A DNA stretch of 64,000 nt from Octopus vulgaris (lineage: Eukaryota), in assembly GCA_951406725.2 (NCBI GenBank), contig OX597841.1, positions 26,784,001 to 26,848,000 on the forward strand. Reading direction: 5' to 3'. A model generated the notes under the pieces. It ran no database searches. It worked only from the letters and a program-made list of their open reading frames with translations, and had not been told where the DNA came from. The position numbers were made by a program, and so were the translations under genes. Of the stretch, positions 28,185-44,309 are shown piece after piece; position 1 is the stretch's first letter; every line of letters starts with the position of its first letter.

Positions 28185-29447
28185 GAGGGTGCGTAAGATA
28201 TTTGAGGACAGATTTATGTGTATTAAAAAACAGATATGTAATAACAGATAATAACTTTATTCATTAAAAACTGTTATGAGGATAAAAATAAACTTTCTTT
28301 TCTATAATGTTATTCAATAAAGCAACCTTCAGCTTCAACTACTGCGTCTGTATGAGATCTGAATCATCTAAATGCTCAAACCAAGTGGTCCTGGTTCATT
28401 TTGGACATTACTCTGACTATAGAAGCTTTCAAAGAATCTTTGGTGTTATGGGCATGTCCATTGACCTTTCTCTCTCTCTCAACAACGCTGCACATGTAAC
28501 AGTCCAATAGATTGAGATCTGGCGAATTAGGAGACCAAAGGTTAGGGGTTATGTGACCATGAAAACTTTCAACCATCCATTCCTGTGTTACTAGAGCCAT
28601 GTTTGACAGTGCAGCGTTTTACTGAAACACATATGGCCTTCCATTGCACTCACTGTATATCCAGGTCTTAATTATTTCCAAGAACTCAATGTAGCCGGCA
28701 GAGTTACCTCTAAGGCCTTGTAGAAAGAAGTAAGGAGGCATCACATGTCCTTCATTGCTGTCAACCCGTAAAACCATGACAATTGCAGGAAATTTTGTGT
28801 GCTTAACACTTGGAACTTCAGAAGGGTCTTCACATAATCATCTGTCATTTCTTCTGTTAACTTTTTGATCTTGGTCGAAGTTTTCCTCGTTTGAGAAAAA
28901 ACAAATCAAATCTTCTTCTGCTGGATTTTTCAGTTTGTTTAAGAGTCTTTTGGATCTGATAAAGCAATTTTCTTTTGCTTTTTTCTGAAAAATTGATCTT
29001 TCCTTATCATATAAGACTTACATCTGATGTCTTCGTGGCCAACATTTCTGACTGTTCCTTCTGACTCATGGAGATCTTTTGCAATTGTAATCAATGGTCT
29101 ATTGAACTTGCTGGATAAATTTAAGTATTCTGATGATTTCATGGTCTGGTGATTTCAGAGCGTTTAGAAGGTTTTTAATACTTTGATATGGGTTACAAGT
29201 TTCCATCGTATAATTTCTAGCTCCTTACGAACTTTGTAGACGAAAGATCTGACGACATTTAGAAATTGGGATATTTCTAAATCACTCTGCTCAGCCTTTA
29301 TAAATACAATAACAGCATGCCTCTTCATTTCTTGAGTAAGCTGAGGGCCTGCCCTTATTATTTTCTGAAACAAAGATTTTACAGAGATAGCAAAAAATGC
29401 AACAATGACCCCAAAAATGTATGTCCTCAAATATCTTACGCACCCTG
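28185..29447 (-). mobile_element. Full-length degenerate Tc1/mariner-superfamily transposon (maT/DD37D-like), transposase pseudogene
   Basis: 26-bp TIRs (C/G)AGGGTGCGTAAGATATTTGAGGACA with TA at the right end. Peptides MKRHAVIVFIKAEQSDLEISQFLNV (HTH-like), SEGTVRNV and WSPNSPDLNLLD lie in broken frames. Confidence 0.88.
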
Positions 29448-29475
29448 TATGTATGTATATATATATATATATATA

Positions 29476-29890
29476 GGCGCAGGAGTGGCTGTGTGGTAAG
29501 TAGCTTGCTAACCAACCACATGGTTCCAGGTTCAGTCCCACTGCGTGGCATCTTGGGCAAGTGTCTTCTGCTATAGCCCCGGGCCGACCAATGCCTTGTG
29601 AGCGGATTTGGTAGACGGAAACTGAAAGAAGCCTGTCGTATATATGTGTGTATGTATATATAAGTGTGTGTGTATATGTTTGTGTGTCTGTGTTTGTCCC
29701 CCTAGCATTGCTTGACAACCGATGCTGGTGTGTTTATGTCCCCGTTACTTAGCGGTTCGGCAAAAAGAGACCGATAGAATAACTACTGGGCTTACAAAAG
29801 AACAAGTCCCGGGGTCGATTTGCTCGACTAAAGGCGGTGCTCCAGCATGGCCGCAGTCAAATGACTGAAACAAGTAAAAGAGTAAAAGGG
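29476..29890 (+). mobile_element. SINE family A, full length
   Basis: GGCGCAGGAGTGGCTGTGTGG...GACTGAAACAAGTAAAAGAGTAAAAG. Confidence 0.9.
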
Positions 29891-30054
29891 TATATATATA
29901 TACATACATACATACACGTGCCTGTGTATGTATGTATGTGTGTATGTACGTCTGCGTTTCTCAGTCTGTCTGTTCGTCAGACAATATGTCCATACAGTTA
30001 CATTTGGGATCTATGCTGCTGCTTTTCTATGCAATGTATGCATATGTTGGTATA

Positions 30055-30238
30055 TGTCTGTGTGGCGCTGTTTGTCCCACAACGTCGCTTGATGACAGAT
30101 GCCGGTGGGTGTACGACCTCGTAACTTGGCGGTTCGGCTAAAGAGAAGATAGAATAAGTCCTGGGTTGTCGATTTGCTCGACTAACGGCGGTGCCACAGC
30201 ATGGTCGCAGTCAAATGACTCAGACACGTAGAAGAGTA
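30055..30238 (+). mobile_element. SINE family A 3' fragment
   Basis: GGCGGTGCCACAGCATGGTCGCAGTCAAATGACT. Confidence 0.7.
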
Positions 30239-30350
30239 ATACATATATTTATATATATATATATAAACACACACACACACATATATATGTATATATAAAT
30301 ATACTGCTCTGCATATATTTATGTATGCATTTTTAATATATATATATGTA

Positions 30351-30411
<61 letters not shown>

Positions 30412-30454
30412 GTATGTATATATACATATCTATCTATCTATCTATCTATCTATA

Positions 30455-30541
<87 letters not shown>

Positions 30542-30645
30542 TGGCTACCGAATAATTGTCACATATTACAGTTACAGATAAATTCCTCTATTTACATAAT
30601 ATCGAGGTCTCTTTCTTTCTTTTGTTATCTTACCGTTTTTATCAG

Positions 30646-30726
<81 letters not shown>

Positions 30727-30852
30727 TTCTATGCGTATATTTATGTGTACCAAATGTTATGTGTGTATAATCGGATATGTTTACGTATGTAAATTTATAC
30801 ATATACATATCTAAAGAGTATATATACCTATATCTATGTATCTATCTATACT

Positions 30853-30887
<35 letters not shown>

Positions 30888-31373
30888 TTGTGCATTAACA
30901 ATATATATAAAATGCATATTCATATATGCATATATGTAGCGAAATACTGAAAAATACTGTGTAACTATAAATGCACAGAATATATATATATATATATATA
31001 TATACCTACATACACATACAGACGTACACTCTCAGATTAAATATATTATCGTATGTGAAATTGTGTGTGTGTGTGTATGTTCAAGGCTCTTCGTACACCA
31101 GTATCGAACCTGCTTATACGGGGTCTGTAGACACATGTAAAGTTACTGACAGCAAAATCGATAGATGAACCATTCGCATTGATCCTTGCGTTCTATGGAT
31201 TGACATATCGATTTCGACTTTAAGGGGGCAGGTTTCCTATAAGGTATATTAAGCGCGAACGTCTGCGAATGTGAATATATATATATATATATATATAAAT
31301 TTGCATATATAAGTATAATCAAAAATACACACATAAAATTTGGTATATATACATATATGCATTGAGATATATG

Positions 31374-31470
<97 letters not shown>

Positions 31471-31658
31471 GTATACATATATGTGTATATAATTCTCATT
31501 CCCTCTCTCATAAACACATATAAGCTATAAATACCTGTTTTCACACACACACACACACTTACACATACGCACACACTCATACATAGTGGTACGGCTATGG
31601 CTAAGAAAAATTCATAGAATATTTTAAATATATACATGTTTGTGAGCATGTGTGTATG

Positions 31659-31725
<67 letters not shown>

Positions 31726-31995
31726 GCGTGCATACATATTTATGTGTACGTTTATGAGGATTTTTGCCCTCTTAACCCCCCCCCCATACACACATATATA
31801 TATATATATATGTGTGTGTGTATGTATGCATGCAGATAATTATTTATGTAGACACGAACGTGCAAGGCAATCGGGTGGCGGCACCCTAGTGCCATTTTTC
31901 TGAAAAGAGTCTAGTGCAACTGTAGGTGTCATTCCATGAGTGACGTGGATACATAATACAATTCACACACACATATCTATATATATATATGTATG

Positions 31996-32027
<32 letters not shown>

Positions 32028-32421
32028 CGAGATTTTTTTAAAGACAGGAGTTTATTCTACGTACAGCCAGTCGACCCTTCCATATTTATGGCGTTACACA
32101 TCACCAATTGTGTATACATATAAATTTTTTGTGTGTATGTATATGTGTGCAAGTGTGTATGTTATTATGTATGCTTGTATTTTCATGTATATGCTTGATG
32201 TGTGTTTGTGTCTGTGTGTGTGCCTGTGATGAAAACATTTTAATTAAAATTGTATACCAACATATACATATATATACATGCGCATATCCAATTGCAAATA
32301 TTTTTTATATAGTTGCATAGTTATTTATCGTGTATATAGCTATATATATATATGCACATATATATATGTATATATGGATATATGTATGTATAATATAATT
32401 ATTTAAACATATCTCTCTCTC

Positions 32422-32526
<105 letters not shown>

Positions 32527-32590
32527 GAATATGTATGTATATATATGTAGATAATATGCATATTTAAGTATGTACTTATATATGAGTGTT

Positions 32591-32630
<40 letters not shown>

Positions 32631-33011
32631 TTTATGCACATCTATATATCTATATACATATATCTATGCTTTTATGTATATATATATATATATACATTTA
32701 TGCACATCTATATATCTATATACATATGTGTTTATATTTCTATACATATATATATACGTGTAGTACATAAATATAAATATTTATATATTGCGTGTAGAAA
32801 ACATGTAGATATAAAACATAATTTACGTAATACATATAAACTTATACAAGATGCTCAGATACATATTAATATCCATGGGTGTATATAAATATATACACAC
32901 TCATAAACAAACACATGCATATTCACATCTGCACAAGGTGATATATTAGTGAAACCTGTCAACACTGTAATTTCATATGTATATTTATATACACCCTGTG
33001 CATCAATGGGG

Positions 33012-33044
<33 letters not shown>

Positions 33045-33161
33045 CTACACATGTTTGGTTGTTTAACATAAACACGTAATATCCTTTGTGTACCACACCC
33101 AGATGCGCTGAAATTGTCTTACTGCATAATTCCTTTCTCCCTCCCACCCCGCTGAGCCACC

Positions 33162-33208
<47 letters not shown>

Positions 33209-33341
33209 TACATAGATACGTACACACCCAAATACATAGATACGTACACACATAATTACGTACATACTTACATATACACAGACAGTGTCTTATTCACTCT
33301 CTCTCCGACTGTGTGTGTATATATATATGTATATATATGTT

Positions 33342-33436
<95 letters not shown>

Positions 33437-33667
33437 ATATATATATATGTGTGTGTATGTGTGTATATATATATGTATCCGTGTGTATATATATGTGCTT
33501 GTGTGTGTATATATATATACACTGTCTCTATCATACACATGCACTCTCTCTCATTTTCTCTCTCTTCTCTCTCTAATTTTCTCCCTTCTCTCTCTTTCTC
33601 TGACACACGCATTGTCTCTTTCTCTGTCTATGTCTCTCTCTCTCACACACTTTCTCTGTGACACGCA

Positions 33668-33698
<31 letters not shown>

Positions 33699-33806
33699 AC
33701 GCACACATCCCCTCTTCTATATCTCTTTCTCTCTCTCACACATACACTTTCTTTCTCCCCTCTCTCCTTGTCACACACATGCTCAGAATCCCATATAGAT
33801 ACTATC

Positions 33807-33854
<48 letters not shown>

Positions 33855-33887
33855 CTGAACACATATACACACACATACATACAGTTC

Positions 33888-34110
33888 TTTTATCTGTAAC
33901 CATTTGCTTGTCTTAATCATTAGACCACGGCCGACCATGCTGGAGCATTGTTTTTAAGGGTCCCAGTGAAAAATCATCCGCAGCAATTCTTTCCCCTTAA
34001 ATCGGGTCCGTATCCCATCGGTTCGTCTGCCGAGCAACTAAGTCACGCAGGACGTAAACAAACCAGCACTGGTTGTCTAGCGGTGGTGTGGCAAATTCAA
34101 CAGAGACACA
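33888..34110 (-). mobile_element. Old SINE family A 3' fragment
   Basis: CCATGCTGGAGCA...GACGTAAACAAACCAGCACTGGTTGTC. Confidence 0.55.
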
Positions 34111-34440
34111 CACACATACACACATACATAGTAGAATTCAATATGTGCAACCATTTCTCCAGACACATTCATTCCTATCTCTCCATCTGTTTTCTCTTCA
34201 AAAGCCTTTCTGCAAAAGAGCTTAAGAGCGAAACGTCGAAATACTTCTCCGATTTTTCCTGAGCGTCAAACTAATAATATACCTAATTTATTGTTCCTTC
34301 ACCTGTCTCTGCCTTTTGTTTATTGTGTGAAGTTGAACCATATGCAAGCATATTAACACATCCGTATATATACGCATATAAGTACGTATACATACGTGTA
34401 CGTATGTTTAATTTTGACCCATATATATAATTCTGACATA

Positions 34441-34519
<79 letters not shown>

Positions 34520-34615
34520 CTCTCTCTCTCTCTCCTACCTACCTACCTACCTATATATATATATATCTATCTATATATATATATATATCTATATATATAT
34601 ATATATATATATACA

Positions 34616-34650
<35 letters not shown>

Positions 34651-35070
34651 CGAGCAAAACGCCCTCCCCCGCCCAATGGATGGTGCTGATTTGTCAAACA
34701 TCTAAACCAAATTTTCTCAAAACAATCCGACCGTCCCATAGGCTCCCCTTTGAGAAACCCTGATTTAACCTAAATTTGAGACACCAGCAAAAAAAGAAAT
34801 AAAGATAGACTTCTTTCTGTTCCAAAGAAAAATGATTTTATTCACACAAATATGCAACCGAAGAGTTTAAAGTACCAGAAATGATAAGGTTGTTGACTGG
34901 GAGAACACAAACATGGTTTGAAAAGTAACCTTGGCAGGAAAGAAACATGCCTTTAAGCAGTACAAAACCAATAATAGATGGAAGGTGCAGTTATGTACAG
35001 GTTGACGGAAGAAAAGCGGGACAAAAACGACTTTATCGATCGCATTCTCACCTGGAATCGATTTTTGTAA

Positions 35071-35480
35071 TATCTGTGTCCTCTCAGTATTTGTGAAGGG
35101 GAGTCATCCTCCCCGTCTTCAACACATGATACACACGTACCCGAGTTTCAAGGTGTTAACCTTTCATCAGCGTGTGACAATCATGGTTGTCAACAAGAAG
35201 TCAGCTCCCTTCACAAATACATATGCTTTTTCCAGTGTCGATTGACACTGATATTGAAAAAGTGAAATCAAACAATGATAAATCTCAGAGCGAGTTATAA
35301 ACAGTAGCGGTAAATACTGAGAGGACACAGATAGTGTGTCTATAGCCAGCTGGAGGAGATATCTTCCTGGGGCTACAAACTACAGTAGCATCCACCCTTA
35401 TGGGTTAGCCATATTCAAATGGCAAATATACGTCACGATGTGTTACCGCTACTGTTTATAACTCGCTCTGAGATTTTGTC

Positions 35481-35483
<3 letters not shown>
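35071..35483. mobile_element. Penelope-like rearranged fragment with three interlocked inverted repeats
   Basis: Inverted pairs 35071-35092/35312-35333, 35087-35103/35205-35220 and 35274-35313/35443-35483; contains a hammerhead. Confidence 0.6.
35132..35176 (-). ncRNA. Minimal type I hammerhead ribozyme
   Basis: CACACG-CUGAUGA-AAGG-UUAACA-CCUU-GAAA-CUCGGG-UA-CGUGUG: 6-bp stem I, 4-bp stem II, intact core, GUA cleavage triplet. Confidence 0.85.
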
Positions 35484-35528
<45 letters not shown>

Positions 35529-35989
35529 CACACACCCGATCTCAACTAGCTGGGTGTGCGTTGTCCTAAAGAGGTCTTACACAGAAGGAACAAAAAGGGG
35601 TTAGCTGAACACTGCCGAACCAAACATTTCCACCTCCAATCACCGCTCCACACCGCCACCCTACATCCCCTCACGGCTTCCTCCATATTTGCAGAGTCCA
35701 GACACCCGTAATTCCTCACCCACTTCCAACCCCACCCTCACCTTACCCTTACCTAGTGTAGCTTTTCATTTTCTTCGTCTCTGCCTTCCTTTCTCGCTTT
35801 TTTTCCGCGCCCCACCCCACCCCTCGCGCGCTGTCTACTTGCTCTTTATATTTTTTTGTTCTTTTATCTTTTATTTATTGCCTTTTTATATTTTTTTATT
35901 CGTATTTATTTATTTATTTTGTTTGTTTGTTTTTCTTTTGTATTTTCCTCCCATTCTGGAGTATTGCGCTTATTGATGTTGGCGGGTGG

Positions 35990-38300
<2,311 letters not shown>

Positions 38301-38414
38301 GATAGAAACAGACATGAAAAGAACTAATGTTTCGGATAGAAAAAATATCGAGCCAAAATATGAGTGTATTTATATGTACGCATGTTTCCATATATATATA
38401 CGTGTATGCGTACG

Positions 38415-38457
<43 letters not shown>

Positions 38458-38668
38458 ATGTATGTATTAATATGTGTGTGTGCGTTTGTGTATGAATGTG
38501 TGTGTGTATGTGCGTATGCATATATATATACGCGAGTGAGATGGCGTGGAGTTGACTATTAAGGGGCCGTGAACCGTTTGGGGCGTTGTGCCGCGCTATG
38601 ACACTGTGCCGTGCTCTCGTGAGAAACACTGCTGCAGACCATATATATATATATACGTACATCTACAC

Positions 38669-38743
<75 letters not shown>

Positions 38744-38964
38744 AGCACACATCTACACATCATAAACACACACACGCACCTTCATGTTCCTCTATTCACC
38801 TACAAGTACATATACACTCATTCACGCACACACATACACACACGTTTATACATACATAAACACATATATACGCGTGTATAGTTGCTTATACAATTTTAGA
38901 AAAACACGTGTACACACACACACACACACACACAGTCATATATTTTTACATATATATAAAACAT

Positions 38965-39031
38965 ACTTACCTACCTGAGCAAAATGTCGGCACTTCCGGT
39001 TTGGGAATATTCCATTTCCTGTGTCACGTGA
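38965..39031. promoter_or_regulatory. Dense TF-motif cluster and minus-strand splice donors
   Basis: CACTTCCGGT (ETS), GGGAATATTCC (kB-like), ATTTCCTGT (ETS), GTCACGTGA (E-box); minus strand CAG|GTAG|GTAAGT. Confidence 0.35.
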
Positions 39032-39158
39032 TTCCTAAATGGGTTTCGAAAGTGCGTTCACGCGAGAGATATACTTCGTTACTTGTTGGTGTTGTTATTG
39101 TTGTTTGTGTTAATATTGTTGCTGTTGTTGTTACTACACACACACACACACACACACA

Positions 39159-39207
<49 letters not shown>

Positions 39208-39345
39208 CTGTGCATTCAATAAAGGCTGGAAACTCTAAGAGGAAAGATTGATCGTGGACAACATTGGTATGTAGATGCGAAGGTATATTTGTGTGTGTAT
39301 ATGTGCAAATGGGTGTATACGTATGTGCGTGTACCTGTATTTGTG

Positions 39346-39404
<59 letters not shown>

Positions 39405-39426
39405 ATATATATATATAAATATATTA

Positions 39427-39475
<49 letters not shown>

Positions 39476-39478
39476 TTT

Positions 39479-39509
<31 letters not shown>

Positions 39510-39517
39510 TTTTTTTT

Positions 39518-39571
<54 letters not shown>

Positions 39572-39780
39572 TGAATGTATGTATGTATGTGTATATATAT
39601 ATATACATACATGAGTGTATATACATGTGTGTATGGGAATGTGTGTATGCATATATATATATATATATAATATATATGTAAATTTACATATGGATGTATG
39701 TAAATCTACGGGTTTTGTTTTTATACCTATGTACTAAAGTGCATATGTTTATAACGTGAATACATATATATATACGTGTG

Positions 39781-39840
<60 letters not shown>

Positions 39841-39869
39841 CGTGTGTGTGGCTCGTTATCACGTAGGCT

Positions 39870-40290
39870 GCACTACTGAGATTATTCACAGGAATTCTTC
39901 GGTGGTGTGCTGTTCAAAAAGGCCCGCGGGCCCAGGGTTCCTTCTGCTTTTGGAATCCGGCTTGGAAGTCGTTTTCCGTAAGCGAGTCGAAGGCGTCCTT
40001 CGATCCGCTCTGGATCTCGACCACGGTGCTAAAACGGTGACCTCTGGGTTGCATCTTCATCTTGAGAAAGAGATGGAAGTTCGCAGATGCTAAAATCTGT
40101 GGAATAGGGCGCGTGCGGATGTGAAACCATGTTGTTTTTGGGCGAAAAACTCACAGTGAAGAATCTAATTCTTTGCTCCAAAGATCCATTTGCTTTCATC
40201 GAACGTCCTCCCTCAAACGCTTCAAACTGTCGTAGCACTACACTCGATTGACTGTCCTGCCCTGGGGGACAAATTCTCGATGCTAGCTCT
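39870..40290 (-). mobile_element. Mariner transposase C-terminal relic
   Basis: KNNMVSHPHAPYSTDFSICE resembles the mariner HPPYSPDLAPCD motif. Confidence 0.65.
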
Positions 40291-40519
40291 CACCTACAAA
40301 GCCAAGTAGTCCAAAAACACGAAAGAGCAAGGTCTCTGGTTTCGCATTGAGACTTTGCATTCTCTAGAGAGAGTTCAAAGTAGTGGTTCTCAGCCTTTTT
40401 TGGTTTTATGTATGGACCCCTTTGGTTACCATTTTATTGCTTTTGGGGGGGTGGACCTTCCACAACAATTCGATGTTTGAAAATTAGTCTTGTAGATGTA
40501 TACTCTTTCTCTTCTTTTT

Positions 40520-40695
40520 TTTTACTCTTTTTTACTTGTTTCAGTCATTTGACTGCGGCCATGCTGGAGCACCGCCTTTAGTCGAGTAAATCGACCCCCG
40601 GGACTTATTCTTTGTAAGCCCAGTACTTATTCTATCGGTCTCTTTTGCCGCATCGGTTGTCAAGCAATGCTAGGGGACAAATAGCAGACACACAA

Positions 40696-40768
<73 letters not shown>

Positions 40769-40931
40769 GACAGGCTTCTTTCAGTTTCCGTCTACCAAAT
40801 CCACTCACAAGGCATTGGTCGACCCGGGGCTATAGCAGAAGACACTTGCCCAAGGTGCCACACAGTGGGACTGAACCCCGGAACCATGTGGTTGGTAGGC
40901 AAGCTACTTACCAGACAGCCACTCCTGCGCC
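40520..40931 (-). mobile_element. SINE family A
   Basis: Reverse-complement match, with a small internal deletion. Confidence 0.88.
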
Positions 40932-41063
40932 TTTCGTATCCATTCGTATCTTTCAAAATTCCTCTTTTGTTTTGCACACATTAACTTGTGTAGGTTGAAC
41001 TATGTTAATGAAAGACACCTACTGTTACTTGCTTCAAAATGATAATACATACATCTAAAGCGT

Positions 41064-41372
41064 GAAGGCGAATGGCTCAGTGGTTAGAACGTGAGTTCGA
41101 ATCCCGGACCGGGCTGCGTGTTGTGTTCTTGAGCAAGACACTTTATTTCACGTTGCTCCAGTTCACTCAGCTGTAGAATGAGGTGTGACATCACTGGTAC
41201 CAAGCTGTATCGGCCCCTTTGCCTTTCACTTGGATAACATCAGTGGCGTGGAGAGGGGAGGCCGGTATGCATGGGAGACTGGTGGCGTTCCATAAACAAC
41301 CTTGCTCGGACTTGTGCCTTGGAGGGTAACTGTAGGTGCAATCCAATGGTCTTTCATGACCGAATGGGGTGG
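41064..41372 (+). mobile_element. tRNA-derived SINE, family D
   Basis: TGGCTCAGTGG (A box), GAGTTCGAATCC (B box), CTTGAGCAAGACACTT. Confidence 0.75.
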
Positions 41373-41384
41373 GGGGAGGTCTCA

Positions 41385-41752
41385 ATACCATATTTGCGGG
41401 GTTGACGCTCGTGGCAGGTCTTCCAGATAGCTCATCGTCTACCAGGGACGTCCTTCCGGTTTTGAAGCACCTGTACCACTCGGAACATTGCCTCGATGCC
41501 ATAAGCTTGCCGAAGCATGCTCGATGTCTTTGTAGCAGAATTCACACGTTTATCGCAAAATTTCCTGTTGGCTCTTTGTTCTAACTTCATGTCCATGACA
41601 CATTTCACAACTTGCGAAGTATATACAGTGATGTCACATGGCACACTCCCTCAAGAAGGTCACTACTAGCTCTCACTGCGCATGCAGTACTGTGTGCTGC
41701 TACCTGTAGGCGCGCATCAGAACTAGACCAAGAACTTTTTGATACCAACTCG
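41385..41752 (-). mobile_element. Mariner 5' end (TIR plus N-terminal HTH relic)
   Basis: TA-CGAGTTGGTATCAAAAAGTTC terminus; peptides MKLEQRANRKFC...SATKTSSMLRQAYG and WYRCFKTGRTSLVDDELSGRP. Confidence 0.8.
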
Positions 41753-41765
41753 TATAAGAATATAT

Positions 41766-42315
41766 TTCTATGACTTTACTACCCACAAGGGGGCTAAACA
41801 CAGAGGGGACAAACGAGGACAGACAAAGGAATTAAGTCGATTACATCGACTCCTGTGCGTAACTGGTACTTATTTAATCGACCCCGAAAGGATGAAAGAC
41901 AAATTCGACCTCGGCGGAATTTGAATTCAGAACGTAGCGGCAGACGAAATACCTATTTCTTTACTACCCACAAGGGGCTAAACACAGAGAGGACAAACAA
42001 GGACAGACGAACGGATTAAGTCGACTTTGCCTTTCATCCTTTCAGGGTCAATAAATTAAATACCAGTTACGCATTGGGGTCGATGTAATCGACTTAATCC
42101 GTTTGTCTGTCCTTGTTTGTCCCCTCTGTGTTTAGCCCCTTGTGGGTAGTAAAGAAATAGGTATTTCGTCTGCCGTTACGTTCTGATTTCAAATTCCGCC
42201 GAGGTCGACTTTGCCTTTCATCCTTTCGGGGTCGATTTGCTTACTGGGATTGATCTAATCGATTGGCCCCCTCCCCAAATTTTCGGGCCTTGTACATAGA
42301 GTAGAAACGAATAAA
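41766..42315. mobile_element. SINE family C copies in inverted arrangement
   Basis: 41877-42024 is the reverse complement of 42088-42236. Confidence 0.82.
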
Positions 42316-42351
42316 TAATTTCTAAGTAGTTTTATCGTGTTCTGTCTGGTT

Positions 42352-42382
<31 letters not shown>

Positions 42383-42544
42383 GAGAGAGAGTAATGCAGG
42401 GATACACATTGATATGTAGACAAGAAGCAGACACACATATACCAGCACACACACACAAACACACACACACACACACACACATATAAACACACGCACACAC
42501 AGATATACACACACATATGTATATATATACACACATGCACACAC

Positions 42545-42583
<39 letters not shown>

Positions 42584-42734
42584 GGTATATATGCACACAG
42601 ATATATATATACACACACACACAGATATATATAAACAACACACGCGCACACACTCACACACAGACACATATATATATACACACACACTCACGCACACATA
42701 TATATATATATATATATACGCACACACACACACT

Positions 42735-42768
<34 letters not shown>

Positions 42769-42833
42769 CACACACACTCACGCACACATATATATATACA
42801 TACATACGTACACACACACACACACACACAGAC

Positions 42834-42866
<33 letters not shown>

Positions 42867-42921
42867 CACGCACATATATATATACATACATACATACGTA
42901 CACACACACACACACACAGAC

Positions 42922-42952
<31 letters not shown>

Positions 42953-43559
42953 CACACTCACGCACACACATATATATATATATACATACGGACACTCACA
43001 CACACACACACATATATATATATACGCACATATATATATATATACGCACACACGCACACTCGCTCACACAGAAACAGACCCATTGAGAGGTTCGATTGAT
43101 AGGGAGAAGTAGTGAAATAGAATTATCGATCTCTTTGGACACAGCTTCGGTGTCAGTTCAGGTAAGCATCTCAGTATCGGGTGGAGGGTAGAAGTAGATT
43201 AAGAAGCAGGTGTGGGGGGTAGAGGAGAAGAGGAAACAAGTGCGCCCGGGTGGAGAAGTGGGGGTAGAGACGCGGCGGTGGCGGCAGTAGTGGTAGTGGT
43301 GGTGGTGGTGTGTGAGGGGGTTGGGGTGGAGCAGGAGGGGAGCGAGACACCTAATGACTTTCCAGACGATCGGATGGAACCCCCGGATACTGCGGATGGG
43401 AACGGGGTAGGATGTCGGTGGTGGTGGTGGTGGTGATGGTGGTGGAGGTGGCGGTGACGTGTGTGCTAGTCGTGGTGATTGTGGCGGTGGGGGTAGACTC
43501 GTGGAACGAATCGCGAGGGGGTTGGGGTGTTGGTTGTTTCATTGTGATGTAGTTGGCAT

Positions 43560-43568
43560 TAATGTTGG

Positions 43569-43608
<40 letters not shown>

Positions 43609-44138
43609 AGTGGTGGTGGTGGATGCGGTGATGCTGTTGTTGCTGATGATGATGATGTGGCTGAAAGTGGTGGTGGTGGTAGTGATGATGATGATGGGAC
43701 TTGATGCTCTTAGTGATAACGATGATGATGGTGATGATGATGATGGTGATGATGATGATGGTGATAATTACGATAGTGGTAGTGGTGATGGTGATGATGA
43801 CGATGAGGGGAGTTGTTGATCTCAGCGATGATGATGATAATAGTGATGATGGTGATGATAATGATGATAATAGTGATGATGATGATGATGATGATGATGG
43901 CAGTTTAGGCTCTTAGTGGTGATGCTGCTGCTGCTGATGATGATGATGATGAGGATGACTTCATTGTGTTAGAGAGGGTGGTGGTGACGATGGGTGATAG
44001 GGGGTGATGATGGCGGAACTGCTGGTGTTAGTGATGATAATGATGATGATGATGATGGTGATGATGATGGTGATGATGATGGTGATGATAATGATGATGA
44101 TGATGGTGATGATAATGATGATGATGATGGTGATGATA

Positions 44139-44171
<33 letters not shown>

Positions 44172-44175
44172 TTTG
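43560..44175. repeat. (GAT)n microsatellite tracts
   Basis: Seen directly. Confidence 0.92.
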
Positions 44176-44309
44176 GGCTAGTAATGTTGTTGTTGGTAGT
44201 TGATAGTGACTAAATGCTTTTCAGTGGTGACCATCCCTCCTGTTTCTATAACAGGAACGGAACTGAACATTGTTTTCTTTTTCCCTTCTTATTTTGACAG
44301 TTTCGTATG

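Noticed and set aside
38962-38972. U1 snRNA 5' end (ATACTTACCT)
   Set aside because: No further U1 sequence follows; it is the complement of a splice-donor consensus.
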